Notes: a model not told the origin generated them from the letters alone. Shown: positions 47,907-62,754, counted from the first letter of the whole stretch. The stretch: 63,761 nt of DNA, filler included, from Octopus bimaculoides (GCF_001194135.2; 7 parts of 5 records of this genome joined end to end with filler, not necessarily neighbours in it), one strand, 5' to 3'. Numbers and translations: made by a program.

Positions 47907-49326
47907 AAGTGACGCGTGTATGCGCGTATTTTTACGTAAGTATATGTGTGTTTGCAAAAGCAAAAGACCATTTCAGTTTGTATTCTGGTTAAATCCAGTT
48001 CTCTGAATTTGTAGAGTCTTATACCTAACATTATCAGCATTGTCACTGTGGTGACATTGCTCAGATGTTAATGAGTCGTTCTGCTATGGTTACTACTAAG
48101 ATCGTAAGGTTTTGGTGTTTGGTGTTCTTGGTCCCTATACGAATGGATATGATGAACTGGGTTTCGGTAATTTGGTAGTTCATAAAATGGGAAAGAGCTG
48201 TTTTATGTTGCAAAAATCTATCCGCGTATTGTTAAATGTGGTATGAAGAACGCAAAGTAGGGTATCAAAAACCAGAGAAATATGTGAAACATACTAGTTT
48301 TAATTGCGGTTATGCGCTTCAAGAAACTTCTTAAAAATGCTATCTACTTTGATACCGGTTGACGTTTGCTGATATAGCGGAGAATGAAAACTTTAAGTAG
48401 ACCATTGAAATCTGTCCTGAGCCTACAGGTCTATGATGTCGGAGTTTATCCGAATTTTTAAGGCTGAGAATACAAGGCTTCTTCCTGACACCCTCATATA
48501 CTTCTGTTACTTATTTTCAGTTGAATTACTGGAGTAACATGAAATTAAATGCCTTGCTTAAGAATACAACGCACTGCTTGGCTCGAGCATTGAACCCACG
48601 ACCAAACAATCGTGAGCCTAACATCTTAGCCATCAGGCTTTCACCAAATAAACCGAACTGTTTGAAATTAGATAGACACATCAGAAGTTCTAGTAACAAT
48701 GTCGGAAATAGGAAAGGATGGTAGTGGCTAGAACAACTTTGTTCAAAGAATTGTTATTTAAAAAGCATTGGCATGGTTTCTACTGTTTGATATCCTTCTT
48801 AAATGACAGCCCCTTCACAAAGTGTACTGGATGCTTTTCACATGGCAGAAGCAACAATAAAATCACCAAACAATATATATACATATGCATATAGTCCACT
48901 GCTTTTTTAAAAGTTGTGTATAAATAAATAATACATATATTTGTCAATTAAATTTCAACGTTGTCCGATTTCCACAATGTATTTTTGTATTTTACACTTT
49001 TACAATATTAAATATTATAATATTACAAGCAGCTGCATGTTTCATAGAAGTAACAAAGTAAAATATGCAATTTTCCAAATACATGCAATATACTTGTTAT
49101 CAACAATGTTCATGTAAATGTTAATGTGGTAGTCGCCATTAACAAACACAGAATGTGCCTCACGAGGGACGTTGTTCTTATATCTTTTATTAAAAGACCG
49201 TATATTTTACTATGTTACTTCTATAAAATATGAAAGTACTTGTGATATTGTGATATGTAGTATGGTAAAATCGTAAAATAAAAATAAAAATGTGAAAATC
49301 AGACGACGTTGGAATTTGAATAACAA

Positions 49327-49438
<112 letters not shown>

Positions 49439-49976
49439 ATATATACACACATGCCTGTTTGTATGCATGTATGTATATGTCTTCTCCCTCTCTCTGTAAT
49501 TCTATAGGAAATTTTAACTGGCCCCTACTTAGTAGCAAGACTGTGAAGAAAAATATCTTCTATTAACCATCATCCTTTAAATGTTAAGAAGGTCTTGCAG
49601 ATTTTTATAGTCCCAGATATCGTGAACATTTGTAGCATATATTTATGAAAGCAAAGCATTTACTGAAGAACCACTGCATACATTTAAGTAGGGTATAATA
49701 CGTATGTTTAGAAATTTGATAGTGACGTCGAAGTGTGGATGATCGTTAGTTTTGTCACACTGCCTTGCGAAGTTAACGAAATGATTGACGAAACGTCGGT
49801 GCAACACTCAGCTATTTCCTTGTAAATATGTAAATAAAGTATCTATATGACTGTTAAGGCGGCGAGCTGTCTTAGAAAGTTAAAAAAGTGATTTTAAATT
49901 CTCAATCGCAGGATAATGCTAATAATATAGCCTGAACAGGATAAACTACCCCTATTTTGCAGAAAAAAGTGTAGGT

Positions 49977-50049
49977 GGTTAGCTGTGGACTCAAACTCAC
50001 ATCTCCGTGAATACGCGTCACAATGCTCGACCGACTGAGCTAAACTCCC
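49977..50049 (-). pseudogene. tRNA-like gene/SINE head (Thr-CGT-like) inside a 380-bp inverted duplication
   Basis: A box TAGCTCAGTCGG; D stem GCTC/GAGC; anticodon stem TGTGA/TCACG, loop CGCGTAT; B box GTTTGAGTCC (GTTCGAGTCC in the other arm); imperfect acceptor; T6 terminator about 10 nt downstream. Confidence 0.6.
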
Positions 50050-51619
50050 CCAGTACAAATTCCGCAAATTTAAGATGTATAAAAATCTCGCTTTATGAGA
50101 CGCTATCATACGTTTGTCGTAATATGAATTTAACATATGATAGCGTCATACAGAGATGTGAGTTCGAGTCCACAGCTAACCACCTACACTTTTTTCTGCA
50201 AAATAGGGGTAATTTATCGTGTTCAGGCTATATTATTAGCATTATCATGCGATTGAGAATTTTAAATCATATATNNNNNNNNNNNNNNNNNNNNNNNNNN
50301 NNNNNNNNNNNNNNNNNNNNNNNNNNNNNNNNNNNNNNNNNNNNNNNNNNNNNNNNNNNNNNNNNNNNNNNNNNNNNNNNNNNNNNNNNNNNNNNNNNNN
50401 NNNNNNNNNNNNNNNNNNNNNNNNNNNNNNNNNNNNNNNNNNNNNNNNNNNNNNNNNNNNNNNNNNNNNNNNNNNNNNNNNNNNNNNNNNNNNNNNNNNN
50501 NNNNNNNNNNNNNNNNNNNNNNNNNNNNNNNNNNNNNNNNNNNNNNNNNNNNNNNNNNNNNNNNNNNNNNNNNNNNNNNNNNNNNNNNNNNNNNNNNNNN
50601 NNNNNNNNNNNNNNNNNNNNNNNNNNNNNNNNNNNNNNNNNNNNNNNNNNNNNNNNNNNNNNNNNNNNNNNNNNNNNNNNNNNNNNNNNNNNNNNNNNNN
50701 NNNNNNNNNNNNNNNNNNNNNNNNNNNNNNNNNNNNNNNNNNNNNNNNNTATATATATATATATATATATATATATGCATATGTATATGTATGTATGTCG
50801 TTGTTATTATGTTAAACTGTTGTATGTCCAAATTTGACCAAATACGTATTTTTAAATATTTATTTTTATTTGCAACATCCTGTTCTTTTGGTCAAACTAT
50901 CGCATCTCTGGCTGCTTCAGATGCCAAGATATCAAAAATTGTCAAAGTGTAGTACAAAACTTTTGCTGTGGAATAGTGAAACTATTGTTTCGTTTTCTGA
51001 AAAAGCAACGTTTTGGACTTACGACACTTAAGCGAGAAACACCTTTAGAAGTAAATGGAGCACTCATATATAGCCACTGAAAAAACAGATGCAAAATCAT
51101 GAGTACATCTAAGTACCACAAATATATCCAAACAGAAATTCTGTAGCAAGCCTCAGCACACGTCTGGAATACTCACGTAAAGTGGTTACCAGTCCCAAGC
51201 TGAATGGTAATAAATTTACTTCTATGCCAATATGCTGAAAAATAGAACTTAAGCCGTTTAATCACCTACAATATCTTACATAATTGTTTATATTTTCACC
51301 TTGAAAGGTATTTTAATATGCTGGCCGCTGATAGAATTTTTTTGAAAAATTTTATATATGTATATATATATATGTATATGTATGTATGTATATATNNNNN
51401 NNNNNATATATATATATATATATATATATAATTATTATAGATCCAGGGTAGAGAATTATTAATTTATTAATAAATTAATAATTAATAATTTGTACCCCCA
51501 CCTTCGCTTGACAACCGATGGACTTCTTTAGAGATGCAGACATAAATGCCTATCAAGTACGCTTTAAGAACGTTACATGCATATAGACATACGCAAATAT
51601 GAAAAGACATATATGTATA

Positions 51620-51658
<39 letters not shown>

Positions 51659-51948
51659 TCACACACACACACGCACACGCTCACACACACTCATACACAT
51701 GTTTGTAGATATAGATTTATCTATATATTTATGCTCACTCATATATACACACCCAAAATAGTACATACATGTATACACATGCTAATAACAATCACATATG
51801 TGTATTTTGACGGTATATATTCTTATTCCTGAAATTAACGATAACAAATTATTGAGATATATGACACTTATCAGTTTATATATCGATGTGAGTGTGTGTA
51901 GGTCCGTGTGTGTATCTCTGTATGTTATATATACATTTACATATATGC

Positions 51949-51995
<47 letters not shown>

Positions 51996-52136
51996 NNNNN
52001 NNNNNNNNNNNNNNNNNNNNNNNNNNNNNNNNNNNNNNNTTAATTAATTAANNNNNNNNNNNNNNNNNNNNNNNNNNNNNNNNNNNNNNNNNNNNAAGTA
52101 ACTTCCCTTTCATCTTTCTGGGGCCAGTAATACAAT

Positions 52137-52582
52137 ATAATGGTTTCAAACTTTGACACAAAGCCAGCAATTTTGGGGAAGGGGATGAGTCGATTACATC
52201 GACCCCAGTACTTAACTGGTGCTTATTCTATCGACTCCTAATAGATGAAAAGCAAAGTCGACCTCGGCGGAATTTGAACTAAGAACGTAAAGACGGACGA
52301 AATGTGGCTAAGCATTTTGTCCGGCGTGCTAACGATTCTGCCAGCTCGCTGCCTTGGTAGTACTACATAATAATGATTTCAAATTTTGACACAAGGCCAG
52401 CATTTCGGCAAAGTCAATTACGTCAACCCCAGTATTCGACTGGTGGTTATTTTATCAACTACCCCTACAAAAGACGAAAGGCAAAGTCGACCTCAGCGGA
52501 ATTTGAACTCAGAATGTAAGGACAAACGAAATGCCGCTTAGCATTTTGCCCAGCGTGCTAACGATTTTGCCAGCGCGCCGCG
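52137..52582 (-). mobile_element. Two tandem SINE C copies
   Basis: Family C head and core, twice. Confidence 0.8.
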
Positions 52583-53040
52583 TGGGTAGCACTATAGATT
52601 GATTAAACCAGTAAAGCATGCGAGATGGGAATGTAATTGTAATAATCTTTTCTACTATAGGCACATTGGCCGCAGTCCAATGACTACCAGTAAACGATAA
52701 AAGGAAAAGAGGACAATAACGAAGATAGAAATTTGCGGTTTCAATTATTAATTAGAATTGGTTTATTTCGTTAATGCTAATTACTTCGTCTGAGAACGAG
52801 GAGAATTTCGTTCAGTGCAGGAAGATGAGGTTCATACGGTGAAAAGGTGTCTTTTCAGTTCGTATTCATGAATTGCTGAATTGAGAACATTCCAGAAATA
52901 TTGAGAGAAATGGTTGGGAAATGCTTAGAATCAAATAAGGTTAAAGACCCCTGGGGTGACGGAAGGTATGTTGGAGGGACAAACTGATTATTCTTGGTGA
53001 ACAGAGCAAGAGAATTCAGTGGATCTGCGACTTACGTTTT

Positions 53041-53363
53041 AGCCTGCTCGTGAAATTAACGTGCAAGTGGCTGAGCACTCCACAGACACGTGTACCCTTA
53101 ACGTAGTTCTCAGGGAGATTCAGCGTGGCACAGTGTGACAAGGCTGACCCTTTGAATTACAGGCACAACAAAAACAGGAAGTAAGAGTGAGAGAAAGTTG
53201 TGGTGAAAGAGTACAGCAGGGTTCGCCACCATCCCCTACCGGAGCCTCGTGGAATTTTAGGTGTTTTCGCTCAATAAACACTCACAACGCCCGGTCTGGG
53301 AATCGAAACTGCGATCCTACGACCACGAGTCCGCTGCCATAACCACTGGGCCATTGCGCCTCC
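53041..53363 (-). mobile_element. SINE B
   Basis: Reverse complement of 8925-9260. Confidence 0.85.
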
Positions 53364-54007
53364 ACCTTCTGAATAATCCTCCAGTAAAAAGATGAACGGT
53401 TACTTCATGCAGGTTACAATTACGAAACGTTAACCTTTATGCAATTTTACATTTTGAAATCATTGACGTTTTTCTGCGCTTTCTAGGCATTCCATCCCAG
53501 TCGACTTCATTTGACCCGTCAACCAACTGCCCCTCCCCAAAAGAAACATATTGATTCTTCCAATAATTTCAGCTTTCTTTTTATTGACGTTTTCATTCTT
53601 TTGTTATATGATTCGGTCTCCGTTAACATCAATCATATCAGATCAATGAATTCCGAAAATATATTTATTACAATTGATCTTATACTCTTTTATTCAATAT
53701 AAAAATGATTTTAAAAACATATTCTATGAATATAACCGTTTAATTCAAATTCTGCTTTTAAATGTTGACCCTTCAAAAAAATGTTGTTAAATTTTCACAA
53801 CCAAACAATAACATCGAATCTCTGTAAGATTTTGATGTTAAACCAATCTGGAATGGTCGGATTTTTGATTTTCAGTAGACTCTCCCTTTCCCCACGTGAG
53901 TCTCGAGGAAAACTTTACGTGGTCGATTGACTTGATCGAAAATAGCAGCCAAGCCCGCCTGAAATCAAACACTAACATCTCAGAATGGGAAGACAATATA
54001 ACTTTTT

Positions 54008-54263
54008 CTACTATAGGCACAAGGCCTGAAATTTTGGGGAAGGGCGCTAGTCGATTACATTGACCCCAGTGCTCGAGTCGTACTTACATCGACCCCGACA
54101 GGGTTGGTACGCAAAGTCGACCTCGGCGGAATTTGAACTCAGAACGTAAGGACGGACGAAATGCCGTTAAGCATTTTGTCCGGCGTGCTAATGATTCTTT
54201 TCTGCTCTAGGTACAAGGCCCAAAATTTTGGGGTAGGGGACCAGTCGATTAGATCTACCGCAG
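54008..54263 (-). mobile_element. SINE C plus tail of a second copy
   Basis: Family C match. Confidence 0.75.
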
Positions 54264-54363
54264 NNNNNNNNNNNNNNNNNNNNNNNNNNNNNNNNNNNNN
54301 NNNNNNNTTAATTAATTAANNNNNNNNNNNNNNNNNNNNNNNNNNNNNNNNNNNNNNNNNNNN

Positions 54364-54575
54364 TAGAAGGTAACCTTGCTTCCAAGCTGACGCCAAGCCA
54401 CGTACATTTACACAACCTAATTTAAGCATAGTTGAAGTCGAAATTTGTGTTTCATACACGACAGTAAAAGAGACAAGAGAGAAGGTTACTTACTCGTTTC
54501 GAAAGTTTTAGCTTCCTCTTCTTTTGAAGTATCTTGGATGAGGTTTTTGAAGAGTTTCTTTGATAAATATTTTTG
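54364..54575 (-). mobile_element. Tx1/L1 ORF1 end, spacer and ORF2 (APE endonuclease) start
   Basis: ...KLFKNLIQDTSKEEEAKTFETSK* then ATG at 54429: MLKLGCVNVRGLASAWKQGYLL (NVRGL APE motif). Confidence 0.7.
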
Positions 54576-54579
54576 GTAA

Positions 54580-54642
<63 letters not shown>

Positions 54643-55084
54643 TAAAATCCTTGACTAGAAAAGCATTCATTGCTCATAGCCAAGATGCGGAATACTGGCT
54701 GTCTCTATACAACGTAGCTATAAACAACCATCGATGTAATGTATCCCTTGCAGTACCGTATTGAGTCCTCCAGTAGGGGTAACCTCATCAGAGAAAGCTA
54801 TTTTTAAACTTACTTGCAGAATCACTGCATGAAGACAATCTCGATCAGTGTTTCTCTAAACTAATGTGTCGTGGAACCAATAGGTGGTCCAGGTCCGCTT
54901 GCGGTTTCTCACTTTCAATTTCACATTTTCAACAAAAAAGTACAGTGTGTGATTTGTCAAAAATATACCCAAATTTCTTGCAGTTGTTGATTTTTCTGGC
55001 TTTGCCTCTTAATTTTTTTTGTTTTATTGGTATTTCCATTGACATAAGGAACCTTTGCTTAAAAAGTATAATGTTTAGCAGCAG

Positions 55085-55202
55085 TCCGTCTGCCTTTACG
55101 GTTCTGAGTTCTAATTCAGCCGTAGCGGTTGAACACTGGGGTCGATGTAATCGACTTGTCACCTCCTCCAAAATTTCAGGCCTTGTGCCTATAGTAGAAA
55201 GG
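55085..55202 (+). mobile_element. SINE C, internally deleted, running into (ATT)n
   Basis: Tail GCCTTGTGCCTATAGTAGAAAGG-ATTATT. Confidence 0.7.
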
Positions 55203-55264
<62 letters not shown>

Positions 55265-55769
55265 NNNNNNNNNNNNNNNNNNNNNNNNNNNNNNNNNNNN
55301 NNNNNNNNNNNNNNNNNNNNNNNNNNNNNNNNNNNNNNNNNNNNNNNNNNNNNNNNNNNNNNNNNNNNNNNNNNNNNNNNNNNNNNNNNNNNNNNNNNNN
55401 NNNNNNNNNNNNNNNNNNNNNNNNNNNNNNNNNNNNNNNNNNNNNNNNNNNNNNNNNNNNNNNNNNNNNNNNNNNNNNNNNNNNNNNNNNNNNNNNNNNN
55501 NNNNNNNNNNNNNNNNNNNNNNNNNNNNNNNNNNNNNNNNNNNNNNNNNNNNNNNNNNNNNNNNNNNNNNNNNNNNNNNNNNNNNNNNNNNNNNNNNNNN
55601 NNNNNNNNNNNNNNNNNNNNNNNNNNNNNNNNNNNNNNNNNNNNNNNNNNNNNNNNNNNNNNNNNNNNNNNNNNNNNNNNNNNNNNNNNNNNNNNNNNNN
55701 NNNNNNNNNNNNNNNNNNNNNNNNNNNNNNNNNNNNNNNNNNNNNNNNNNNNNNNNNNNNNNNNNNNNN

Positions 55770-56352
<583 letters not shown>

Positions 56353-56838
56353 GTTAGGAGGAGCTGGCAAAATTGTTGCGCGTCGGGGAGAGTGATTAGA
56401 GGCATTTTTCTGGCTCGTTACGTCCTCAGTTCAATTCCTGCTGATGTCAGCTTAGCCTTTTGTACTACTACTACTACTACTTTTCAAAAGTCTTAAGCAA
56501 TATTTAATGTGACTAGGTACCAACGGTTTCACAGTCGACTTTTCACCTTTCGCTGTTTTCAACACCTCCTCCGGTTTTCATCTTTTCTTTCTTCTTTTTA
56601 ATCGGTATGGTCTTGCTCGCTCAAGATCATCATCATCATCAGATGCAATGGTCACCAGGATTTAGAACACCAAAATCAACAGCAAGAACAGCAGCAGCAG
56701 CAACAACAACAATTATAACACGGCAGCAGCAGCCGCAGTAGCAGTAGTAAGGGCATCTGTTTTACTCATTTGATCCCATCGGTTACATTTAATATAACTC
56801 TGCTAAAATCTTAACACTTCATCCTTTGCTGCTGCTGT

Positions 56839-56892
<54 letters not shown>

Positions 56893-57920
56893 AACCATCA
56901 CCACTTCTACTACTACTACTACTACCACAACCATCACCACCACCACTACTACTACTACTTTTCTACTGTTCCACTTCGTAAATTTTCAAAAACGATCATC
57001 ATCATCATAATTATTACCACCTCCATCACCAACCTCATCATATCACTATCATCCTCATCNNNNNNNNNNNNNNNNNNNNNNNNNNNNNNNNNNNNNNNNN
57101 NNNNNNNNNNNNNNNNNNNNNNNNNNNNNNNNNNNNNNNNNNNNNNNNNNNNNNNNNNNNNNNNNNNNNNNNNNNNNNNNNNNNNNNNNNNNNNNNNNNN
57201 NNNNNNNNNNNNNNNNNNNNNNNNNNNNNNNNNNNNNNNNNNNNNNNNNNNNNNNNNNNNNNNNNNNNNNNNNNNNNNNNNNNNNNNNNNNNNNNNNNNN
57301 NNNNNNNNNNNNNNNNNNNNNNNNNNNNNNNNNNNNNNNNNNNNNNNNNNNNNNNNNNNNNNNNNNNNNNNNNNNNNNNNNNNNNNNNNNNNNNNNNNNN
57401 NNNNNNNNNNNNNNNNNNNNNNNNNNNNNNNNNNNNNNNNNNNNNNNNNNNNNNNNNNNNNNNNNNNNNNNNNNNNNNNNNNNNNNNNNNNNNNNNNNNN
57501 NNNNNNNNNNNNNNNNNNNNNNNNNNNNNNNNNNNNNNNNNNNNNNNNNNNNNNNNNNNNNNNNNNNNNNNNNNNNNNNNNNNNNNNNNNNNNNNNNNNN
57601 NNNNNNNNNNNNNNNNNNNNNNNNNNNNNNNNNNNNNNNNNNNNNNNNNNNNNNNNNNNNNNNNNNNNNNNNNNNNNNNNNNNNNNNNNNNNNNNNNNNN
57701 NNNNNNNNNNNNNNNNNNNNNNNNNNNNNNNNNNNNNNNNNNNNNNNNNNNNNNNNNNNNNNNNNNNNNNNNNNNNNNNNNNNNNNNNNNNNNNNNNNNN
57801 NNNNNNNNNNNNNNNNNNNNNNNNNNNNNNNNNNNNNNNNNNNNNNNNNNNNNNNNNNNNNNNNNNNNNNNNNNNNNNNNNNNNNNNNNNNNNNNNNNNN
57901 NNNNNNNNNNNNNNNNNNNN

Positions 57921-57962
<42 letters not shown>

Positions 57963-57965
57963 CAG

Positions 57966-58038
<73 letters not shown>

Positions 58039-58825
58039 CAGATAGATAGATAGATAGATAGTTGAAAAAAGTGATGGGAGGTGGAGAATAAAGAATGGAA
58101 AAGCGAAGGACGGATAAAAAAAAGAAAACTAGACTGGTAGAGAGAGAAATGGGTGGATGAAAGACACAATAGAAAATTATAAATGTAAGTTATATTAAAA
58201 TGACATCGGACGATTTAAGGGGTCTTAGAGAAAGGACAGCTAGAATGAGGATGTAAAGCGCGTTTAATAGTTAAGACGAAAAGGATTGAAAAATGGCGTG
58301 AGTGTAAGATGTAGAATAGGGGAGGGCTATCAGTCAAACAACGTCTTTTGTTGTTTGGTTCTTGATCGAGTTTAAAGTCCTATTTTGACAGCTTGAAGAC
58401 GCATCCTTTATCCAACGGGGGCTTCAAAAAACGGCCTTTAACCCTCACACGCCATCACCTATGCTGCTAGTTCTATGAAATCGTGGAAGAAATGGTCAAC
58501 AACGCTTAATCCTTTGACACATGGATTTACATAGAGCAAAGCCGGCATCTTTATATTTCGTCAAATGAAATCCTTCAGATTTTACTGGATTTTTCTGCCT
58601 AAGTAAAGAATAAAGAGGCTGCACAGAAGAGCTCCTTATGCGTCTTTATTTTTTTGTTGCTACTATTACAGTTTCATCATCGACTATGGCTATCCATCGT
58701 TTCTTGTCATACTTTTTAGTACACGTACACGCAGGCACGCACACACACACATACACACACATGCATACACGCACGTTATCTATTTATCTATCTGTCTATC
58801 TACCTATCTATCTATCTATCTATCG

Positions 58826-59112
58826 TGGCTTAATGGCTTAGTGGTCAGGGTATTTGACTCACGATCGTAAAGTCGTGAGTTCGATTCCTTGAGCAAGACT
58901 CAGTTAGCAAAAAAAAAGAACCAAAAGAAAAACACTTATAATTCAAAGTACCAGCTTTGTCAATACTGTTTGACACCGAGTCTCCTTAACAACTACGTTA
59001 ATGGTACGCGTGTCTGCGGAATGCTCAGCCACTTGCACGTTCATTTCAAGAGCAAGTTGTTCTGCTGATCGGATCAGTTGGAACCCTCGTTGTCATAACC
59101 GGGAGTGCCAGT
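58826..59112 (+). mobile_element. SINE B, degenerate
   Basis: tRNA-like head GAGTTCGATTCC; body GCTCAGCCACTTGCACG. Confidence 0.65.
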
Positions 59113-59161
59113 AACCATCTATCCCACTAACACTCTATTTCTCTTTGTCTATCTGTCTCTA

Positions 59162-59201
<40 letters not shown>

Positions 59202-59301
59202 NNNNNNNNNNNNNNNNNNNNNNNNNNNNNNNNNNNNNNNNNNNNTTAATTAATTAANNNNNNNNNNNNNNNNNNNNNNNNNNNNNNNNNNNNNNNNNNN
59301 N

Positions 59302-59545
59302 TACTGGCAACAGCCACGCTCAAAATGGTGTATTTTATGTGCCACCCGCACAAGAGCCAGTCCAGGGGCACTGGCAACGATCTCGCTCGAAAATCCTTAC
59401 ACATGTCATGGGCACAAGTACCAGAAAGGCGACGCTGGGCACAGGTGCTATCCCGATTTCGCTTTGACTTGCCCCAACAGGTTTTCGCAAGCTGTGTTTC
59501 ATGTCCAATGAAGGAGACGACGTTGGCATGGGTGCCAGTCATCGA
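59302..59545 (-). mobile_element. RTE 3' UTR fragment
   Basis: Aligns with 62900-63260. Confidence 0.7.
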
Positions 59546-59579
59546 ATTTAGTTCGATTTTGATTTCACTTGAAGTAATA

Positions 59580-59968
59580 ATTGTGTATTTAAAAATAACT
59601 GCATTAGAAAAGAGGTAGTATATCAATGTGTAGTAAGTACAAAATATGATAGTAGGGTATATGTGGGTGCAACTGAAAACAGTATGAAACAGAGACTTAA
59701 TTATCACAGTTATATGTTCAGAAACAGGAATAGGAGAAATTCTGCCAGGTTAAGTAGCTACATATGGGAACTTAAAGATAGGGGTACTAACTATAATTTA
59801 CACTGGAAAATATTAGCATCTGCACCTGCATACAATAATAGAAATAGAAAATGCTTATTATGCATCAATGAAACTTTTTTCCTAATTAGGGCCAGAATTC
59901 CACTTATTAACAATCTGAATGAACGTAACGTTTCCTGTCTTCCTAAATTTGGGTATACCTTCTCTTAA
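59580..59968 (+). mobile_element. Penelope-like GIY-YIG endonuclease fragment
   Basis: CVFKNNCIRKEVVYQCVVSTKYDSRVYVGATENSMKQRLNYH...LSSYIWELK...WKIL...KCLLCINE; open for about 129 codons. Confidence 0.8.
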
Positions 59969-60279
59969 TATAAATAGAACCCAGTATTGAAATACCACTT
60001 CTGACATAATAGTAATTATTTAGAGTTAACCATTATTACTATTTTATATTGTATTAGCTAAAACATGATATTTATGCAGATATATTAAATATAAATAGAA
60101 CCTAATATTGAAATACCACATCTGATGTAATAGTAATTATTTAGAGTTAACCAATATTGTATTAGCTAACATATGATAATTAATCAAATATATATAAATG
60201 AGGATATATATTTAGTTTAGATATAATTATATAAATGTGGGCATACATATATCTGTGAGTATTTATTACTATAAGTACT

Positions 60280-60899
60280 ACTTCTGTATTGATATATGTA
60301 TTTGTAGGTATATGTGTATGTGTATATATATGTATATATGGATGTATTTATATGTGGTTTTATTACTATAAATACTACTCCTGTATTTATATATGTATTT
60401 ATTTATATTATATTTATTTATATATGTATATATGTGCATATATAGATGTATTTATAGGTGGATGTATGGATATATTTGTATATTTACAAGCATTTGTAGG
60501 TATATTGTGTTAATGTATGTATTTATATGTGCATATATATGAAGTTTTAGGTAGGTATGCACTTATATCTAGGTATGTATATATACTTGTATTGGTAATT
60601 AAGTAAGTATAATATACCTATATGTACATGTACATATACTGGTGTATGAATACAATTATATGTATGTGAAGATAGACATATATGTATATGTGATTGTTTT
60701 ATGCTGATATCTTTGTGTATGAGGATATGTGTTGGTAGGTATGTATGTAGGTATATATGTGTATGTTCGTGCATGTGTGTAGGTAGTTGGTTGTATAAGT
60801 GTGTATGCGTATATATGTGTATGTGTATGGGTATGTATATGTATGTAGATAGATGATTGTATATGTGGGTGTGCATGTGGATACATATATATATGTGTG

Positions 60900-60932
<33 letters not shown>

Positions 60933-60950
60933 ATGCATTACACATGTTTG
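60280..60950. repeat. Degenerate (TATG/TA/TG)n compound microsatellite
   Basis: Direct reading. Confidence 0.85.
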
Positions 60951-62005
60951 GGTATATTTTTTGGTTATGGACTCTGGTATGTAACGCTATTTTTAACCAT
61001 GGTTTGGATTGATTGATTGGCTGATTGATGGGTGGACTGATGAGTTGGTTAATCAGTCGTTAGATTAATAAGTTATTAAATCTAGGGTTACCTCCATTCA
61101 CTCATGTTGGGAAAATAAAAAATGTCCCAAATATAAATTTAACAGTAGAAGTAATTAGATATAGAAATAGATGAATCACTAAGTTTATGAATAACTACCT
61201 TAGGAGTTTATTAGTTAAGTGACTCAACTATAAAGGGAATCCTACTGACATAATAAATTTTAAACATAATCTAAGGCAATTTGTCGGGTATAATAGCTTT
61301 TGATCATATTTTTACCAAAAATAACTACAAATTGAAAATATTTAGGTATAATTTATATATGAAGGAGTTTTAGTGAGTAATCTGAGACAGTATTCCAGAC
61401 GTATCTTAGCGTTTAACGACAACATACCAAGGAGATATATACAATGAGTTTTATACTATTGCTGTGTTATTGTTTTGTTGCTTTGTCCCTTATTGTAGTT
61501 TGGTCGTGTATGTGTGTATATATATATACATACAAATATTTATATCCGCATATAAACTTTCTGATAATTTGTTTAGTCTTTGTGTTATTTATATACACTA
61601 CATTTATATAGGTATGTGAGTATGTATGTATGTATGTATGTGTGTGTGTGTGTGTGCGTATATGTGTACGTATATATATGAATGTATGTGTATGTGTGTA
61701 TATATATATATATTTATATATTCATGCCTAACTCATTTGACTAGTTATTGGTTGTCCAACCGTAGCTAAGCCAAGACATTTTAAAACAATAGGTGACCAA
61801 TAGGATGAGAGGACTGAACAGCAAAAATAACCCCTACCCACTACCAGCAAGATTCCAACTACTCCATAAACAGAAAAATAACAGAGTAACTCATCACAGG
61901 TTTATAGAAATTTGGATATTATTGTTAGAATTCTGATGAACTAATTGTATAAATTCCTCCATTACAAACACAACTGATACGTACGTACCCCATAGGTTTC
62001 TGATG

Positions 62006-62067
<62 letters not shown>

Positions 62068-62754
62068 TTTGGACATTTTGTTGGAAATATAACGATACAA
62101 ACCAATGCACCAGTCTGCCATTCCAAACGCAACTAATGTGTATGTACCAGGGAACATGTCTGTACGGAAATGTTTATGTATACATATGTCTGTGTGTGTA
62201 TGTATGTATGTATGTATGCATGCATGCATGCATGTGTGGGTGGGTATATATATATATGTGTCCCCTTCATGTATAATGGCAATAATAATTGATTCGTTGC
62301 TGTGCATGTATAGACATTTTTGTATGTACATTTAAATGTACATATATGTATTTATGTATATCTATATATGGTAAAGTATGCATATATATGTGAGTTTTTA
62401 CATTTTTTATGTTTTTATGTTTGTATATTTTAAATTAACATTATGAACTTTATAAAATCTCTAAACAGGCCTAGAGAATCTTCCATGTATCTCTATTTCA
62501 TTTATTAATTACTTCAGCCTACTGGAGTTATGTAGATAGAATAAGGCATGTTACCACTAGTCTGAAGCAGCTGTAAGTCATTATCCCATTTTCTGTCACT
62601 AGATGTCCTTTTTTAATTACTGATATGACATATGTCACATGTGTTTGTAACAAACAAACAGGTAAAGTGACACAATATGATGTCTGCAAGTTGATGAATA
62701 CCACCTATTCCCCTTCATTTTCTTATTGCTATATATATGTATATATATCATCAT

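Noticed and set aside
54494-54557. Minus-strand exon candidate with strong GTAAGT donor (KLFKNLIQDTSKEEEAKTFET)
   Set aside because: Followed by a stop and the Tx1 ORF2 start motif; it is the ORF1 C-terminus
56620-56745. polyQ/polyH-like stretch
   Set aside because: Degenerate CAG/CAA/CAT microsatellite with stops; no splice context
61043-61065. CTGATGA in a small hairpin
   Set aside because: No downstream GAAA or stem III; not a hammerhead
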